This document shows positions 16,526 to 25,562 of a stretch of DNA of 44,215 nt, piece after piece. The notes below the pieces were generated by a model. That model was not told the DNA's origin. It worked only from the letters and a program-made list of their open reading frames with translations, and did not search any database. Source of the DNA: Thermodesulfovibrionales bacterium. Lineage in GTDB: Bacteria > Nitrospirota > Thermodesulfovibrionia > Thermodesulfovibrionales > UBA6898. A program made the translations under genes and the position numbers. Numbering within the stretch: position 1 is the stretch's first letter; each line of letters starts with the position of its first letter. The stretch covers positions 1 to 44,215 of the forward strand of contig JBIOIY010000018.1 in assembly GCA_044450345.1 (NCBI GenBank). The letters run 5' to 3'.

Positions 16526-19500
16526 ATGGACAAACAAGAATACATTCAAGACTCGATCGACAAATTATTCACAACGTGGATGCGACGGGCTGCGGGGTTC
16601 GGCGCGCTCATCTTTATGCTTTTGGCCTTCCTGGATTTCGTCGTTTTTCGCGAGCATTTTGCGATATTTCTTGTCTACCGCGTCGCCATATCATCATTCC
16701 TGCTTCTGATCGCGGTCTTGGCCGGGAAAACGGTGAACAGGACGGCTCTCCGGTCCTTCGGTCTTGCTGCGATCGCCGCCTCAGCCGTCACCATCGAGGC
16801 CATGATCCTGCATACCGGCGGACATCACTCCTCTTATGCAACGGGTATGATCCTGCTGGCAGTGATCGCTCTAACATTTGTGCCTGCGGATTTCCCCTTT
16901 CACGCGACAACAGCGGCGGTCATATACGGGATCTATCTTCTTCCCATAATCATGGCGGGGCGCATGGACGACACGCTGACGTTCTTTACAACGAATTTTT
17001 TCATGTGCTCGATAATCTTGACCGTCGTGGTCTTTCGCTACCTGTCCATGCAGAGTATCAGGAAACAACTGGGGACCGAATATGAACTGATCGCTAGCAA
17101 CAGACGGGTGCGGGAGAGCGAGAACTACTTCCGTTCAATAGCCGAGGTCAGCGAAATTTTAATATATCGTCTTTCAGCGCGCGGAGAGGTCAGCTATGTT
17201 TCGCCGGCCATTGCCGAACAGTTTGGTTACGAGACGAAAGACGCCGTGGGACGGCATTTTCTTGATTTTGTCATGCCAGTAAGCCATGCGGCTGCTAATG
17301 CAGTCTTTCATGTCCTGTTTTCCGGACAATCGGTAAGAGACACTGATCTGCAGTTGCGGCGGGCCGACGGCAGTTCGTTTGACGCGACTATAAATATGAC
17401 GCCTGTCTTTCACAATGGTGAAATGATTGAAGCCCAGGGTATTGTTATTAATATCACCAAACGCAAGAGGGCAGAGGAGGAAGTACGACGTCTTGCGGTT
17501 GAACAAAAAATCATCCTCGACAACATTGCAAGCGGCGTTTTTTTCCTGAAAAGCAGAACAGTAATATGGACAAATATGAAAGCGGCAACGATGTTCGACT
17601 ATTCGCTTGAAGAAATCTTTGGGAAAGACGTGTCGCTATTCTATCCCGACAGGGAAAGCTTTGAAGAATTGGGAATAGAAGCATATCCGCTCCTTCCACA
17701 GGGAAAGACATACTCGGTGGAAAGACAGATGAAAAAGAAAGGAGGAGAGATAATATGGTGCAGCCTTATCGGTCAGGCCGTCAATGCCCTTGATCTTGAG
17801 CAAGGATCTATCTGGCTGCTGGATGACATCACGGAACGCAAACTGCTTGGGGAGGAACTGAAAAAATATCAGACACAACTGGAGGAAATGGTTGCAACAC
17901 GCACTGTGGAGCTTGAAAAGACCATTGCGCAATTAGAAGCGGAAGCGATTGAGAGAAAACGCGCCGAAGAGGCCCTGAAAGAAAGCGAAGAGAGATTCAA
18001 AAAACTGCTGGACAACGCTCCGATAGCCATCTCAATAATCAACATGGACGGCACCGTCGAGTATGTCAACCAAAAACATCCTGAAATCATGGGGTACGAT
18101 CTTCAGGATATCCCTACGTTAGAATGTTGGTGGTCTCAGGCATATCCTGAGCAAACAGACAGGACTAGAATCAAGGAGACCTGGTATAAGCTCACCCAGA
18201 GGGTTTTTCAGGGAGAGAAGATCGCTGCCGTGAATCGGAGAGTTGTCTGTAAAGACGGCACAATCAAGGAGCTGGAACTGAGCTTCAGTGCTGCAGCCAG
18301 CAAGATCATCGTTGCTTTTGGTGATATCACCGAGCGCAAACGGGCGGAAGAAAAGCTGCGAGAGAGTGAGAATCGCTTCCGCACCCTTTTTGAAAAGGCG
18401 AATGAAGGGATAATGCTGTTCTCCATTAAGACCGAGATCATCGCCGTGAACGAGTCATATGCAAGAATGCACGGCTACAGTGTAGAGGAGATGCTGGACA
18501 TCAGCCTGTGGGACCTGAATGTCACCCTTGATCCACAGACCCATGCTGCAAGATTAAACAGGGTGATTGCGGAAGGAAGCATCGTATTTGAGGTGGAGCA
18601 TCGACACAAGGCAGGTCATACTTTTCCCCTCGAGGTGTCGGTGACCGTTATAGAACTGAACAACGAGAAATTCTTTCTCTGCTTTCACCATGACATTTCA
18701 GAGCGTAAAAAGGCCGAGAAGGAATTGCGGGAGAAAGAGGCAAAGATGAGGGCCATGCTCGAAAGTTTCGACGGCCTCATTTATATCTGCTCGCCGGATT
18801 ATCGCGTAGAGTTCATGAACGAAAATCTTGTCCGTCGGACGGGAAGAAACGCCGTGGGCGAACCGTGCTATGCAGTTCTGAACGATCGCAACTCGATCTG
18901 CCCCTGGTGCGTAAACGAAAGGGTCTCCAAGGGAGAGATCATTCGGTATGAGATCCAAAGCCCCAAGGACGGGCTATGGTATCACGTGGTGAACACGCCG
19001 ATCCGCCATGACGGGGGCTCGGTTTCAAAGCTGGCAATGTTCCTGGACGTCACAGAGAGGAAGAAGGCCGAGATTGCGCTTATGAAGAGCGAAGAGCGAT
19101 ACAGACGGCTTGTTGCCTCGGTCACGGATTATATTTACACAGTGACGGTCGAAGACGGCAAGCCCGTTGTCACGGAGCATGGAGAAGGCTGCTTTGCAGT
19201 TACAGGTTATTCTCCAAATCAATACGAGGCGGACACTGACCTCTGGTATCGCATGATCTGTGACGCTGACCGTGATGCGGTTATAGAGCAGTCGAGAATG
19301 ATAATTGCCGGAGAGAAGACTGAGCCCCTTGAGCACCGTATCGTCCACCGTGACGGGTCAATCCGATGGGTTCGGAATGTAATGGTGCCTCTCTTCGACA
19401 AACACTGGCAACTGGTATCTTTTGACGGCCTGATCTCCGACATTACCGAGAAGAAAATGCTTGAAGAGAAGCTCGAAAAAGCTCGGATGCTGGAGGAGGA

Positions 19501-20164
19501 AAACCTGAAGTTTTTTTCCAGGCGCCTGATCGAGGTGCAGGAGGAAGAACGGCGGGCCATAGCCCGTGAGCTTCATGACGAGATAGGCCAGTCCCTGACA
19601 GGCATGAAACTCTCTGTCGAAATCATAGCCGACTCCCTGCCGTCCGAGCATGCAGACAATATAAGGTCGATAGAAGTATCGTTGGGCGAACTCCTCTCTC
19701 TCGTGAGAAACATATCACTCGATCTTCGGCCGGCCATGCTCGATGAATTCGGGCTTGTCAATACTTTGATCTGGTATTTCGAGCGGTATACATCGCGGAC
19801 AGGCATCTCGGTAGACTTCATCCGGACCGGGGCAGACAGACGTTTTGATCGGCAGAAGGAGATCGCACTCTACCGCATAACTCAGGAGGCCATGACCAAC
19901 GTGGCGCGCTATGCCGAGGTGATGTGCGTCCTCGTGGAATTCATCATTGGACAGGACAGGGTCACAGTCAGGATAAAGGACGAAGGCCGGGGATTCGACA
20001 TTGAGAACACGACTAATTCCGGTTCCGGATTGTCGATCATGAGGGAGCGTGCTATAATCCTCAGAGGGACTTTTTCTCTCAGTTCCGCTCCGGGAAAGGG
20101 GACTGAGATTACGGTTGAAATACCTCTTCAAGATAAGAGGAATGCACAAAAAGGCATACTATGA
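16526..20164 (+). CDS. Membrane-anchored multi-PAS histidine kinase, HisKA_3 (NarX/UhpB-type)
   Basis: About 6 N-terminal hydrophobic helices; six PAS/PAC repeats ending D/NITERK-like; QEEERRAIARELHDEIGQSL; QEAMTNVARYA, DEGRGF, GSGL..MRERA, PGKGT. Confidence 0.93.
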   Translation: MDKQEYIQDSIDKLFTTWMRRAAGFGALIFMLLAFLDFVVFREHFAIFLVYRVAISSFLLLIAVLAGKTVNRTALRSFGLAAIAASAVTIEAMILHTGGHHSSYATGMILLAVIALTFVPADFPFHATTAAVIYGIYLLPIIMAGRMDDTLTFFTTNFFMCSIILTVVVFRYLSMQSIRKQLGTEYELIASNRRVRESENYFRSIAEVSEILIYRLSARGEVSYVSPAIAEQFGYETKDAVGRHFLDFVMPVSHAAANAVFHVLFSGQSVRDTDLQLRRADGSSFDATINMTPVFHNGEMIEAQGIVINITKRKRAEEEVRRLAVEQKIILDNIASGVFFLKSRTVIWTNMKAATMFDYSLEEIFGKDVSLFYPDRESFEELGIEAYPLLPQGKTYSVERQMKKKGGEIIWCSLIGQAVNALDLEQGSIWLLDDITERKLLGEELKKYQTQLEEMVATRTVELEKTIAQLEAEAIERKRAEEALKESEERFKKLLDNAPIAISIINMDGTVEYVNQKHPEIMGYDLQDIPTLECWWSQAYPEQTDRTRIKETWYKLTQRVFQGEKIAAVNRRVVCKDGTIKELELSFSAAASKIIVAFGDITERKRAEEKLRESENRFRTLFEKANEGIMLFSIKTEIIAVNESYARMHGYSVEEMLDISLWDLNVTLDPQTHAARLNRVIAEGSIVFEVEHRHKAGHTFPLEVSVTVIELNNEKFFLCFHHDISERKKAEKELREKEAKMRAMLESFDGLIYICSPDYRVEFMNENLVRRTGRNAVGEPCYAVLNDRNSICPWCVNERVSKGEIIRYEIQSPKDGLWYHVVNTPIRHDGGSVSKLAMFLDVTERKKAEIALMKSEERYRRLVASVTDYIYTVTVEDGKPVVTEHGEGCFAVTGYSPNQYEADTDLWYRMICDADRDAVIEQSRMIIAGEKTEPLEHRIVHRDGSIRWVRNVMVPLFDKHWQLVSFDGLISDITEKKMLEEKLEKARMLEEENLKFFSRRLIEVQEEERRAIARELHDEIGQSLTGMKLSVEIIADSLPSEHADNIRSIEVSLGELLSLVRNISLDLRPAMLDEFGLVNTLIWYFERYTSRTGISVDFIRTGADRRFDRQKEIALYRITQEAMTNVARYAEVMCVLVEFIIGQDRVTVRIKDEGRGFDIENTTNSGSGLSIMRERAIILRGTFSLSSAPGKGTEITVEIPLQDKRNAQKGIL

Positions 20165-20829
20165 TAAAAATATTTCTCACTGACGACCACGAGATGGTAA
20201 GACAGGGGATACGGGCCCTGCTCGAGAGGGAAGCGGACATCCAGGTGACATGTGAAGCTGGAAGCGGCAAAGAGACACTGTCGAAGCTGACGACTCTGAA
20301 CCCTGATTTGCTCCTCCTCGACCTCATGCTGCCGGACATCAGCGGTCTGGAGGTGCTCGAAAAGGCAAAGAAGGCCCTGCCTGCGCTGCGCGTAATAATC
20401 CTCTCCATGCATGACAACAAGGTCCATCTGCTCGAAGCACTGCAAAGGGGCACTGACGGGTATGTCATAAAGGGCAGTTCGGGCGCAGATTTGATGAAAG
20501 CGATTCGTATTGTAATGACGGGCCGCCGTTATGTAAGCCCGTCGCTCACCGAATATCTCTTGGAAAGCATGTCGTCAAAACGATCGAAGGACAGTGCCGC
20601 CGGTTGCAACAAACTCACCCTGCGCGAAGAGCAGGTACTCTATCTTACGGCGGAAGGCCTCAGAAGCTCGGACATAGCAGAGAGACTGGGGATCAGCGCC
20701 CGCACGGTCGAGGCCCATCGGAACAATCTCATGAAAAAACTCAGCCTCCACAACAAGGCGCAATTGATACGCTACTCGATGGAGCATAGCACACCCCAAA
20801 AACCTTATGGTACCGTGACATCTCAGTAA
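20161..20829 (+). CDS. NarL/FixJ-family response regulator (REC + LuxR HTH)
   Basis: DDHEMVRQG, LLDLMLPDISG, LSMH, LTLREEQVL...IAERLGISARTVEAHRNNLMKKL. Confidence 0.95.
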   Translation: MIKIFLTDDHEMVRQGIRALLEREADIQVTCEAGSGKETLSKLTTLNPDLLLLDLMLPDISGLEVLEKAKKALPALRVIILSMHDNKVHLLEALQRGTDGYVIKGSSGADLMKAIRIVMTGRRYVSPSLTEYLLESMSSKRSKDSAAGCNKLTLREEQVLYLTAEGLRSSDIAERLGISARTVEAHRNNLMKKLSLHNKAQLIRYSMEHSTPQKPYGTVTSQ

Positions 20830-20876
20830 TTCTTCAGGTTTCAGAATAAAACCTCCCGTCAGCAACCTGTGCATAT

Positions 20877-20933
20877 TTACGAATGTTCTACGTAGTATTG
20901 CGAATTGCAGTGCCGAAAGCGCTTGTGTAGGCT
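20877..20933 (+). promoter_or_regulatory. Phased-repeat promoter module A
   Basis: YTRCG units at about 10-11 bp spacing plus -10-like TAGGCT; aligns ungapped 40/57 with 21322-21378. Confidence 0.6.
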
Positions 20934-20992
20934 GAATAATGACAGCCTAAGGGCCCAAGAAATCGCAGGTTATCAAAAAAGAAGGAGGGCGC

Positions 20993-21187
20993 ATGACAGA
21001 TGTCAGATTTAAACAGACCGGGGGAATAGTCCTGCTGGATTTTTACGGCGAGTTGACGGTGCAGGACGCGGAAAAACTGCGGCAGGCCTTTCTAGCTTCA
21101 TTCGAGCGTTCAGATTATGTGGTCGTGAATCTCAAGAATGTAAGCAGCCTCGACACAAGCTGTTTTGGCCTGTTCTGTTCCGCATAA
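20993..21187 (+). pseudogene. STAS (anti-sigma-factor antagonist) domain gene, truncated/frameshifted
   Basis: GELTV..AEKLR..F...VVVNL.NV..LDTSC..LFCSA stops where homologues usually continue with H; CAT AAA AGT (HKS) continues in a shifted frame; strong AAGGAGG RBS. Confidence 0.7.
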
Positions 21188-21321
21188 AAGTCTTCTCCTT
21201 AAAGTCGTTATGCCCTGTACCGCAACATAATTCCAGATCCTCCAGAAAAGCAGCAACCATGACTTCTCTGCAATTCTCCAAGGATTTAGATGCAGGCCTC
21301 CTGTAAAACGACTACGTACAC

Positions 21322-21378
21322 TTGCGATTGTTCTACGCAATCTTACTAATTGTAATGCCTGAAATGCTTCTCTATACT
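21322..21378 (+). promoter_or_regulatory. Phased-repeat promoter module B upstream of cheX
   Basis: CTACG/TTGCG/CTACG/TTACT units from 21312 at about 10-11 bp spacing, then TATACT; homologous to module A. Confidence 0.6.
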
Positions 21379-21416
21379 GCAACCAGAGTATCTGATTTTG
21401 AAAGGGGGCAAGTGCC

Positions 21417-21896
21417 GTGAGATTGGAATATATCAACTCTTTTGTGGATTCGGCCCAGAATGTGATGGAGAGTTTAGTCCCGACTGGTATTACAAGAGGG
21501 TCAATCACCTTAAAAGATAGCCTTTCGGTCCAGGACATTTCTGCGACTATATTTCTGCTGGGCACTATTGACGGCCGCATAGCCCTCGACCTCGAGCAGC
21601 CGGTCGCAAAGAAGATAGCGGGGTTAATGAATAATGTGGAGTTCGCTCGCGTCGATCATCTTGTTATTGACACGATCTGTGAGCTCACGAATATAATCAT
21701 CGGTAAAGCCGTCACATCCCTGAACAACAAGGGCTTCATATTCAGGCCTTCTCCCCCGTGTTTTTTTATGGGGAAAAAGACATATCACGGTCTTGAGGCA
21801 ATGTGCATCTGTCTTTCCACGGACTGGGGCAATATAAGAATACAGGCAGCAATTGCAGAGAAATCGGGCGTCACAACTAAAAATTACGGAATGTAA
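21417..21896 (+). CDS. cheX: Chemotaxis phosphatase CheX
   Basis: YIN.FV.S...V, G.I.G, D.ICELTNII.G.A (E-xx-N catalytic motif), SPP. Confidence 0.88.
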   Translation: MRLEYINSFVDSAQNVMESLVPTGITRGSITLKDSLSVQDISATIFLLGTIDGRIALDLEQPVAKKIAGLMNNVEFARVDHLVIDTICELTNIIIGKAVTSLNNKGFIFRPSPPCFFMGKKTYHGLEAMCICLSTDWGNIRIQAAIAEKSGVTTKNYGM

Positions 21897-21913
21897 GGGC
21901 AAAGGAGGCAGAC

Positions 21914-22402
21914 ATGATCAAAAAAAACCAGGTTGTCAGATTTATGGTCGGAAAGGAGTCTTTCGGAATCGATATCGGGAGGGTCCAGGAAATTGTCACC
22001 GTTCCCGAGATAACCCGAGTGCCAGATGCGCCTGATTTCCTTGAAGGAATAATCAACCTCAGGGGAAAGATTGTTTCCGTCATCGATCTAAGGAAAAGAC
22101 TCAAGATCAACGGCGCAGAGAGACATAAAAAAAACAGGATACTGGTAACCGAAATTGAAGGGAAAGTGGTGGGACTTATTGTGGACGAGGTGTCCGAGGT
22201 GCTGAGACTGAACCCTGATAATATCGAACCCCCGCCTGAAATGGTCAACTCTGTCGGGGCGGAATATATTACCGGAGTAGGGAAGCTCGCTGACAGGATA
22301 ATTCTTTTGCTGGACTTGGCAAAGGTGCTGACGACTGAAGAGACAAAGCTGGTAAATGCCGTTTCTGACCGGGAGGCTGTTGAACCCGCGCTGACGCACT
22401 GA
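21914..22402 (+). CDS. cheW: Chemotaxis coupling protein CheW
   Basis: FGIDI.RVQEI, ITRVPDAPDFLEGIINLRGKIV.VIDLR, GLIVDEVSEV. Confidence 0.96.
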   Translation: MIKKNQVVRFMVGKESFGIDIGRVQEIVTVPEITRVPDAPDFLEGIINLRGKIVSVIDLRKRLKINGAERHKKNRILVTEIEGKVVGLIVDEVSEVLRLNPDNIEPPPEMVNSVGAEYITGVGKLADRIILLLDLAKVLTTEETKLVNAVSDREAVEPALTH

Positions 22403-22448
22403 AAAGAGCAGGCACGATCAAGGCAGTTCTTAAGAAGGAGGAAGAAAG

Positions 22449-22763
22449 ATGGCAATTCTGACCAATATGAAGATGAAATACAAGCTCTGGCTCCTCGCCG
22501 GCTCAAGCGGCTCCGAACAGATAGGCAAGGCGATGGTAAACCTCAATGAGGTGACACAGGAAATAAGCTCCGCCTCAGAAGAGCAATCGACAGGGGCCGT
22601 ACAGGTTGTCAAAGCCATAGAGAAAATGCGGGAAATGGTCCAGAAGAACGCCTCCAGCGCTGTCGAGCTTGCTTCATCTGCGGAGCAGCTCAACAGGCAA
22701 TCGAGCGGCCTGCAGGGCCTCGTTGAGAGATTTTCGCTTAACGGCAACGGCAGGAATAATTAA
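22449..22763 (+). pseudogene. Internally deleted methyl-accepting chemotaxis protein (N-terminal stub fused in frame to the C-terminal methylation helix)
   Basis: MAILTNMKMKYKLWLLAG joined to SGSEQIGKAMVNLNEVTQEIS..., paralogous to the C-terminus of the next gene. Confidence 0.75.
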
Positions 22764-22822
22764 TGCGCGAAGCGTTTATCGCGTTCGGCCATTTAAGCAA
22801 AATAACTTGAGAAAAGGAGAAA

Positions 22823-24610
22823 ATGATGAAAATGACGATAGGAAAAAAACTAACCGCGGGCTTAGGTATCATGCTTTTATTGGTTTTGATCATGGGCAGC
22901 GTTTTTCTCTGGGCGACCTCGCGTGTGGAGCAGGAGATGAAATCATACCTGGAGGCCAGGAATCTGAACGGGGTGCTTACAGCGCGGATTGGAGACCATT
23001 ACCGATGGATGGACGGCCTTGCATCAGGGGTCTTTATCCAAGGGAAGCCCTTCAAGGGAAAGCTCGATCCCGACGAATGCGACCTCGGCAAATGGATGGC
23101 GTCTTATAAGCCCTCTTCAGCGGAACTCGCCGGTCCTTTTAAGGCACTGAATGAGCCGCACAGAAAACTCCATGCGACTGCGGAACGGATACTTGCTGCA
23201 TACAAGACCGGTAACATAAACAGCGCCCATCAGATTTTTATAGACGAGACCGTGCCTGCAGTCACCACAGTCCAGCAGAATCTCGGGGAGATGAAAGATA
23301 TATTGAGAGCGAATGAGGAAAGTGAGTACAAACATTTGCAGACAGTCCAGCGGCAGTCAAACATAGTAACCTTCGGCTTGACCTTGTCGATCATCGCCTT
23401 CGGAATCATCGGCGGCGTATTTTTTGTCAGGGGTATCAATAAACCTGTGCAGAAAGTGACGGCAATAATGAAGAAGGTGGCAACGGGCGACCTGACCGAA
23501 AAAGTTGAAGGCGTGAAAAGCAGGGACGAGATTGGCCAGATGGCGACGTATACAAACGAGATGATAGAAAATCTGAGTTCGATGATAGCCCAGATAAAGA
23601 CCAACGCCGACCAGCTTGTTGCAGCGTCGTCTCAGATAGCGGCCTCGGCGGAACAGACTTCCAAAAACTCCGAATCTTCGGCGACTGCAGTGGAGGAGAT
23701 GACTTCCACAATGCATGAGATGTCCACAAATATACAGAATGTTACAAAAAACACTATGAAACAGGCGTCCTCCGTGACCGAGACCTCCTCGTCCATAGAA
23801 CAGATGGTAGCATCCATACAGAGGGTCGCGGAGAACGTCAAAAGACTGGTCTCTATTTCTGAAAAGTCAAAAGACGCCGTCTCCTCGGGCTCCGTTGCCG
23901 TAGCCAAGGCGTCGACCGGCATGAACGAGATAAATTCGGCCATCGCGCAATCGGCCCGGACAATCATGAGTCTTGGTTCGCGGACCGAAGAAATGGCAAA
24001 GATCGTAGATGTGATCGACGACATTGCAGAACAGACGAACCTCCTCGCCCTGAACGCTGCCATCGAAGCAGCTCGTGCCGGAGAGCAGGGCATGGGATTT
24101 GCCGTTGTGGCTGAAGAAGTGAGAAAACTTGCGGAGAGGTCGGCCAAATCAACGCGGGAGATTGCCGACCTGATCCATTCCGTAGGAAAGGAGTCAGCGG
24201 GCGCAGTGGACAACATGACAAGGAGTACGGGTATCGTTGAACAGGGACTGGTATCGAGCCGTGAGGTGATCCAGGCCCTCGAAGGGATAAAGGCGTCGGT
24301 CGATGAGGTCTCTAAATATTCGAGCGAGATAGGGGCCGCGACGCAGGAGCAGGCGAGCGGTTCGGAACAGATCGGCAAGGCCATGGTTGACCTCAATGAA
24401 GTCACGCAGGAGATCAGCACTTCATCCGAGGAACAGTCCACAGGAGCTGAACAGTTCGTGAGGGCCATAGAAAAGGTAAGGGAGATGGTCCAGCAGAACG
24501 CCGCCAGCTCGGTAGAACTGGCCTCATCAGCCGAGCAGCTAAGCAAACAATCGGGCGGACTGCAGACACTTGTGGAACAATTTGCCCTTAACGGAAACGG
24601 CAGGCACTAA
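22823..24610 (+). CDS. Methyl-accepting chemotaxis protein, TM1-CZB-TM2-HAMP-MA
   Basis: DHYRWM, ECDLGKWM and HRKLH (CZB ligands) lie between two TM helices; HAMP (GDLT...RDEIGQMA); IAEQTNLLALNAAIEAARAGEQGMGFAVVAEEVRKLA. Confidence 0.95.
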   Translation: MMKMTIGKKLTAGLGIMLLLVLIMGSVFLWATSRVEQEMKSYLEARNLNGVLTARIGDHYRWMDGLASGVFIQGKPFKGKLDPDECDLGKWMASYKPSSAELAGPFKALNEPHRKLHATAERILAAYKTGNINSAHQIFIDETVPAVTTVQQNLGEMKDILRANEESEYKHLQTVQRQSNIVTFGLTLSIIAFGIIGGVFFVRGINKPVQKVTAIMKKVATGDLTEKVEGVKSRDEIGQMATYTNEMIENLSSMIAQIKTNADQLVAASSQIAASAEQTSKNSESSATAVEEMTSTMHEMSTNIQNVTKNTMKQASSVTETSSSIEQMVASIQRVAENVKRLVSISEKSKDAVSSGSVAVAKASTGMNEINSAIAQSARTIMSLGSRTEEMAKIVDVIDDIAEQTNLLALNAAIEAARAGEQGMGFAVVAEEVRKLAERSAKSTREIADLIHSVGKESAGAVDNMTRSTGIVEQGLVSSREVIQALEGIKASVDEVSKYSSEIGAATQEQASGSEQIGKAMVDLNEVTQEISTSSEEQSTGAEQFVRAIEKVREMVQQNAASSVELASSAEQLSKQSGGLQTLVEQFALNGNGRH

Positions 24611-24731
24611 GAATTATGCCAGATCGCGGCCTCTGCCCAGTTCTTTATTACAGCGACCCGGAGGGTATAAGCCTTCCGGGGTCGCTACAAAGAGTTTCGA
24701 GAATTATATGTGGATTGGGGAGGGCAAAAAA

Positions 24732-25562
24732 ATGACTGACGATGAATTTAAAATATTCAGAGATCTTATCCATAAAGAATGCGGGATTTACCTGAATGAT
24801 ACGAAAAAGGAATTCCTGAGAGTGCGTATAGAAAAAAAAATGAAAGTGGCCGGTGTCGGCAGTTTCTATCAATATTATAAGTTTATAACAGGATCCAACA
24901 AAGATGAGTTGCTGAGATTTTTGGATGCGGTCACGATAAACGAAACCTATTTCTTCAGAAACGTGCCTCAGTTTGAGATGTTGAGGGAGAAAGTCCTGCC
25001 GGAACTGATTGAATTAAAACGCAGACAAAGGGACTACAGTCTTAGTGTATGGAGCGCCGGCTGCTCATCCGGTGAAGAGCCTTATTCGATTGCGATGGAA
25101 CTATGTGAGGCGATTCCCGACGCCGGGCTCTGGAACATAAAGATCATAGCCTCCGATATATCCCTCAGATGTCTCGAGCTCGCAAATGTCGGCAAATACA
25201 ACAAGGATAAGCTCGCCGATGTCCCCGGAAAATATTTGGGGAGATGGTTCAAGCAGGACGATGAATGCTACGAAGTAAAGGATTCCATAAAAAAGTATGT
25301 CGTATTTGACTACCATAATCTCCAGCATGAAAACGGCATGACAAACATTGATATTATTTTTTGCAGAAATGTGATGATTTATTTCAACACGGCGCAGCAG
25401 AAACAGGTCGTTAAAAGGTTTGCCGTTGCCCTTAACAAGGGCGGGTACCTCTTTCTCGGACACTCGGAATCTCTGCAGGGCACGACTACGAACGGTGAGT
25501 TCAAGTTCCACTACTGGAACAAGGGGACAGTCTATCAGAAGGTGGATGAGATCCATGTCTGA
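24732..25562 (+). CDS. cheR: Chemotaxis methyltransferase CheR
   Basis: TINETYFFR, WSAGCSSGEEPYSIAM, IFCRNVMIYF, LFLGHSESL. Confidence 0.96.
   Translation: MTDDEFKIFRDLIHKECGIYLNDTKKEFLRVRIEKKMKVAGVGSFYQYYKFITGSNKDELLRFLDAVTINETYFFRNVPQFEMLREKVLPELIELKRRQRDYSLSVWSAGCSSGEEPYSIAMELCEAIPDAGLWNIKIIASDISLRCLELANVGKYNKDKLADVPGKYLGRWFKQDDECYEVKDSIKKYVVFDYHNLQHENGMTNIDIIFCRNVMIYFNTAQQKQVVKRFAVALNKGGYLFLGHSESLQGTTTNGEFKFHYWNKGTVYQKVDEIHV

Noticed and set aside
20830..20990. c-di-GMP riboswitch ahead of the che genes
   Set aside because: No GEMM consensus (GGCAAA...GAAA...GACGCAAAG) is visible; the region is better explained as a duplicated promoter module.
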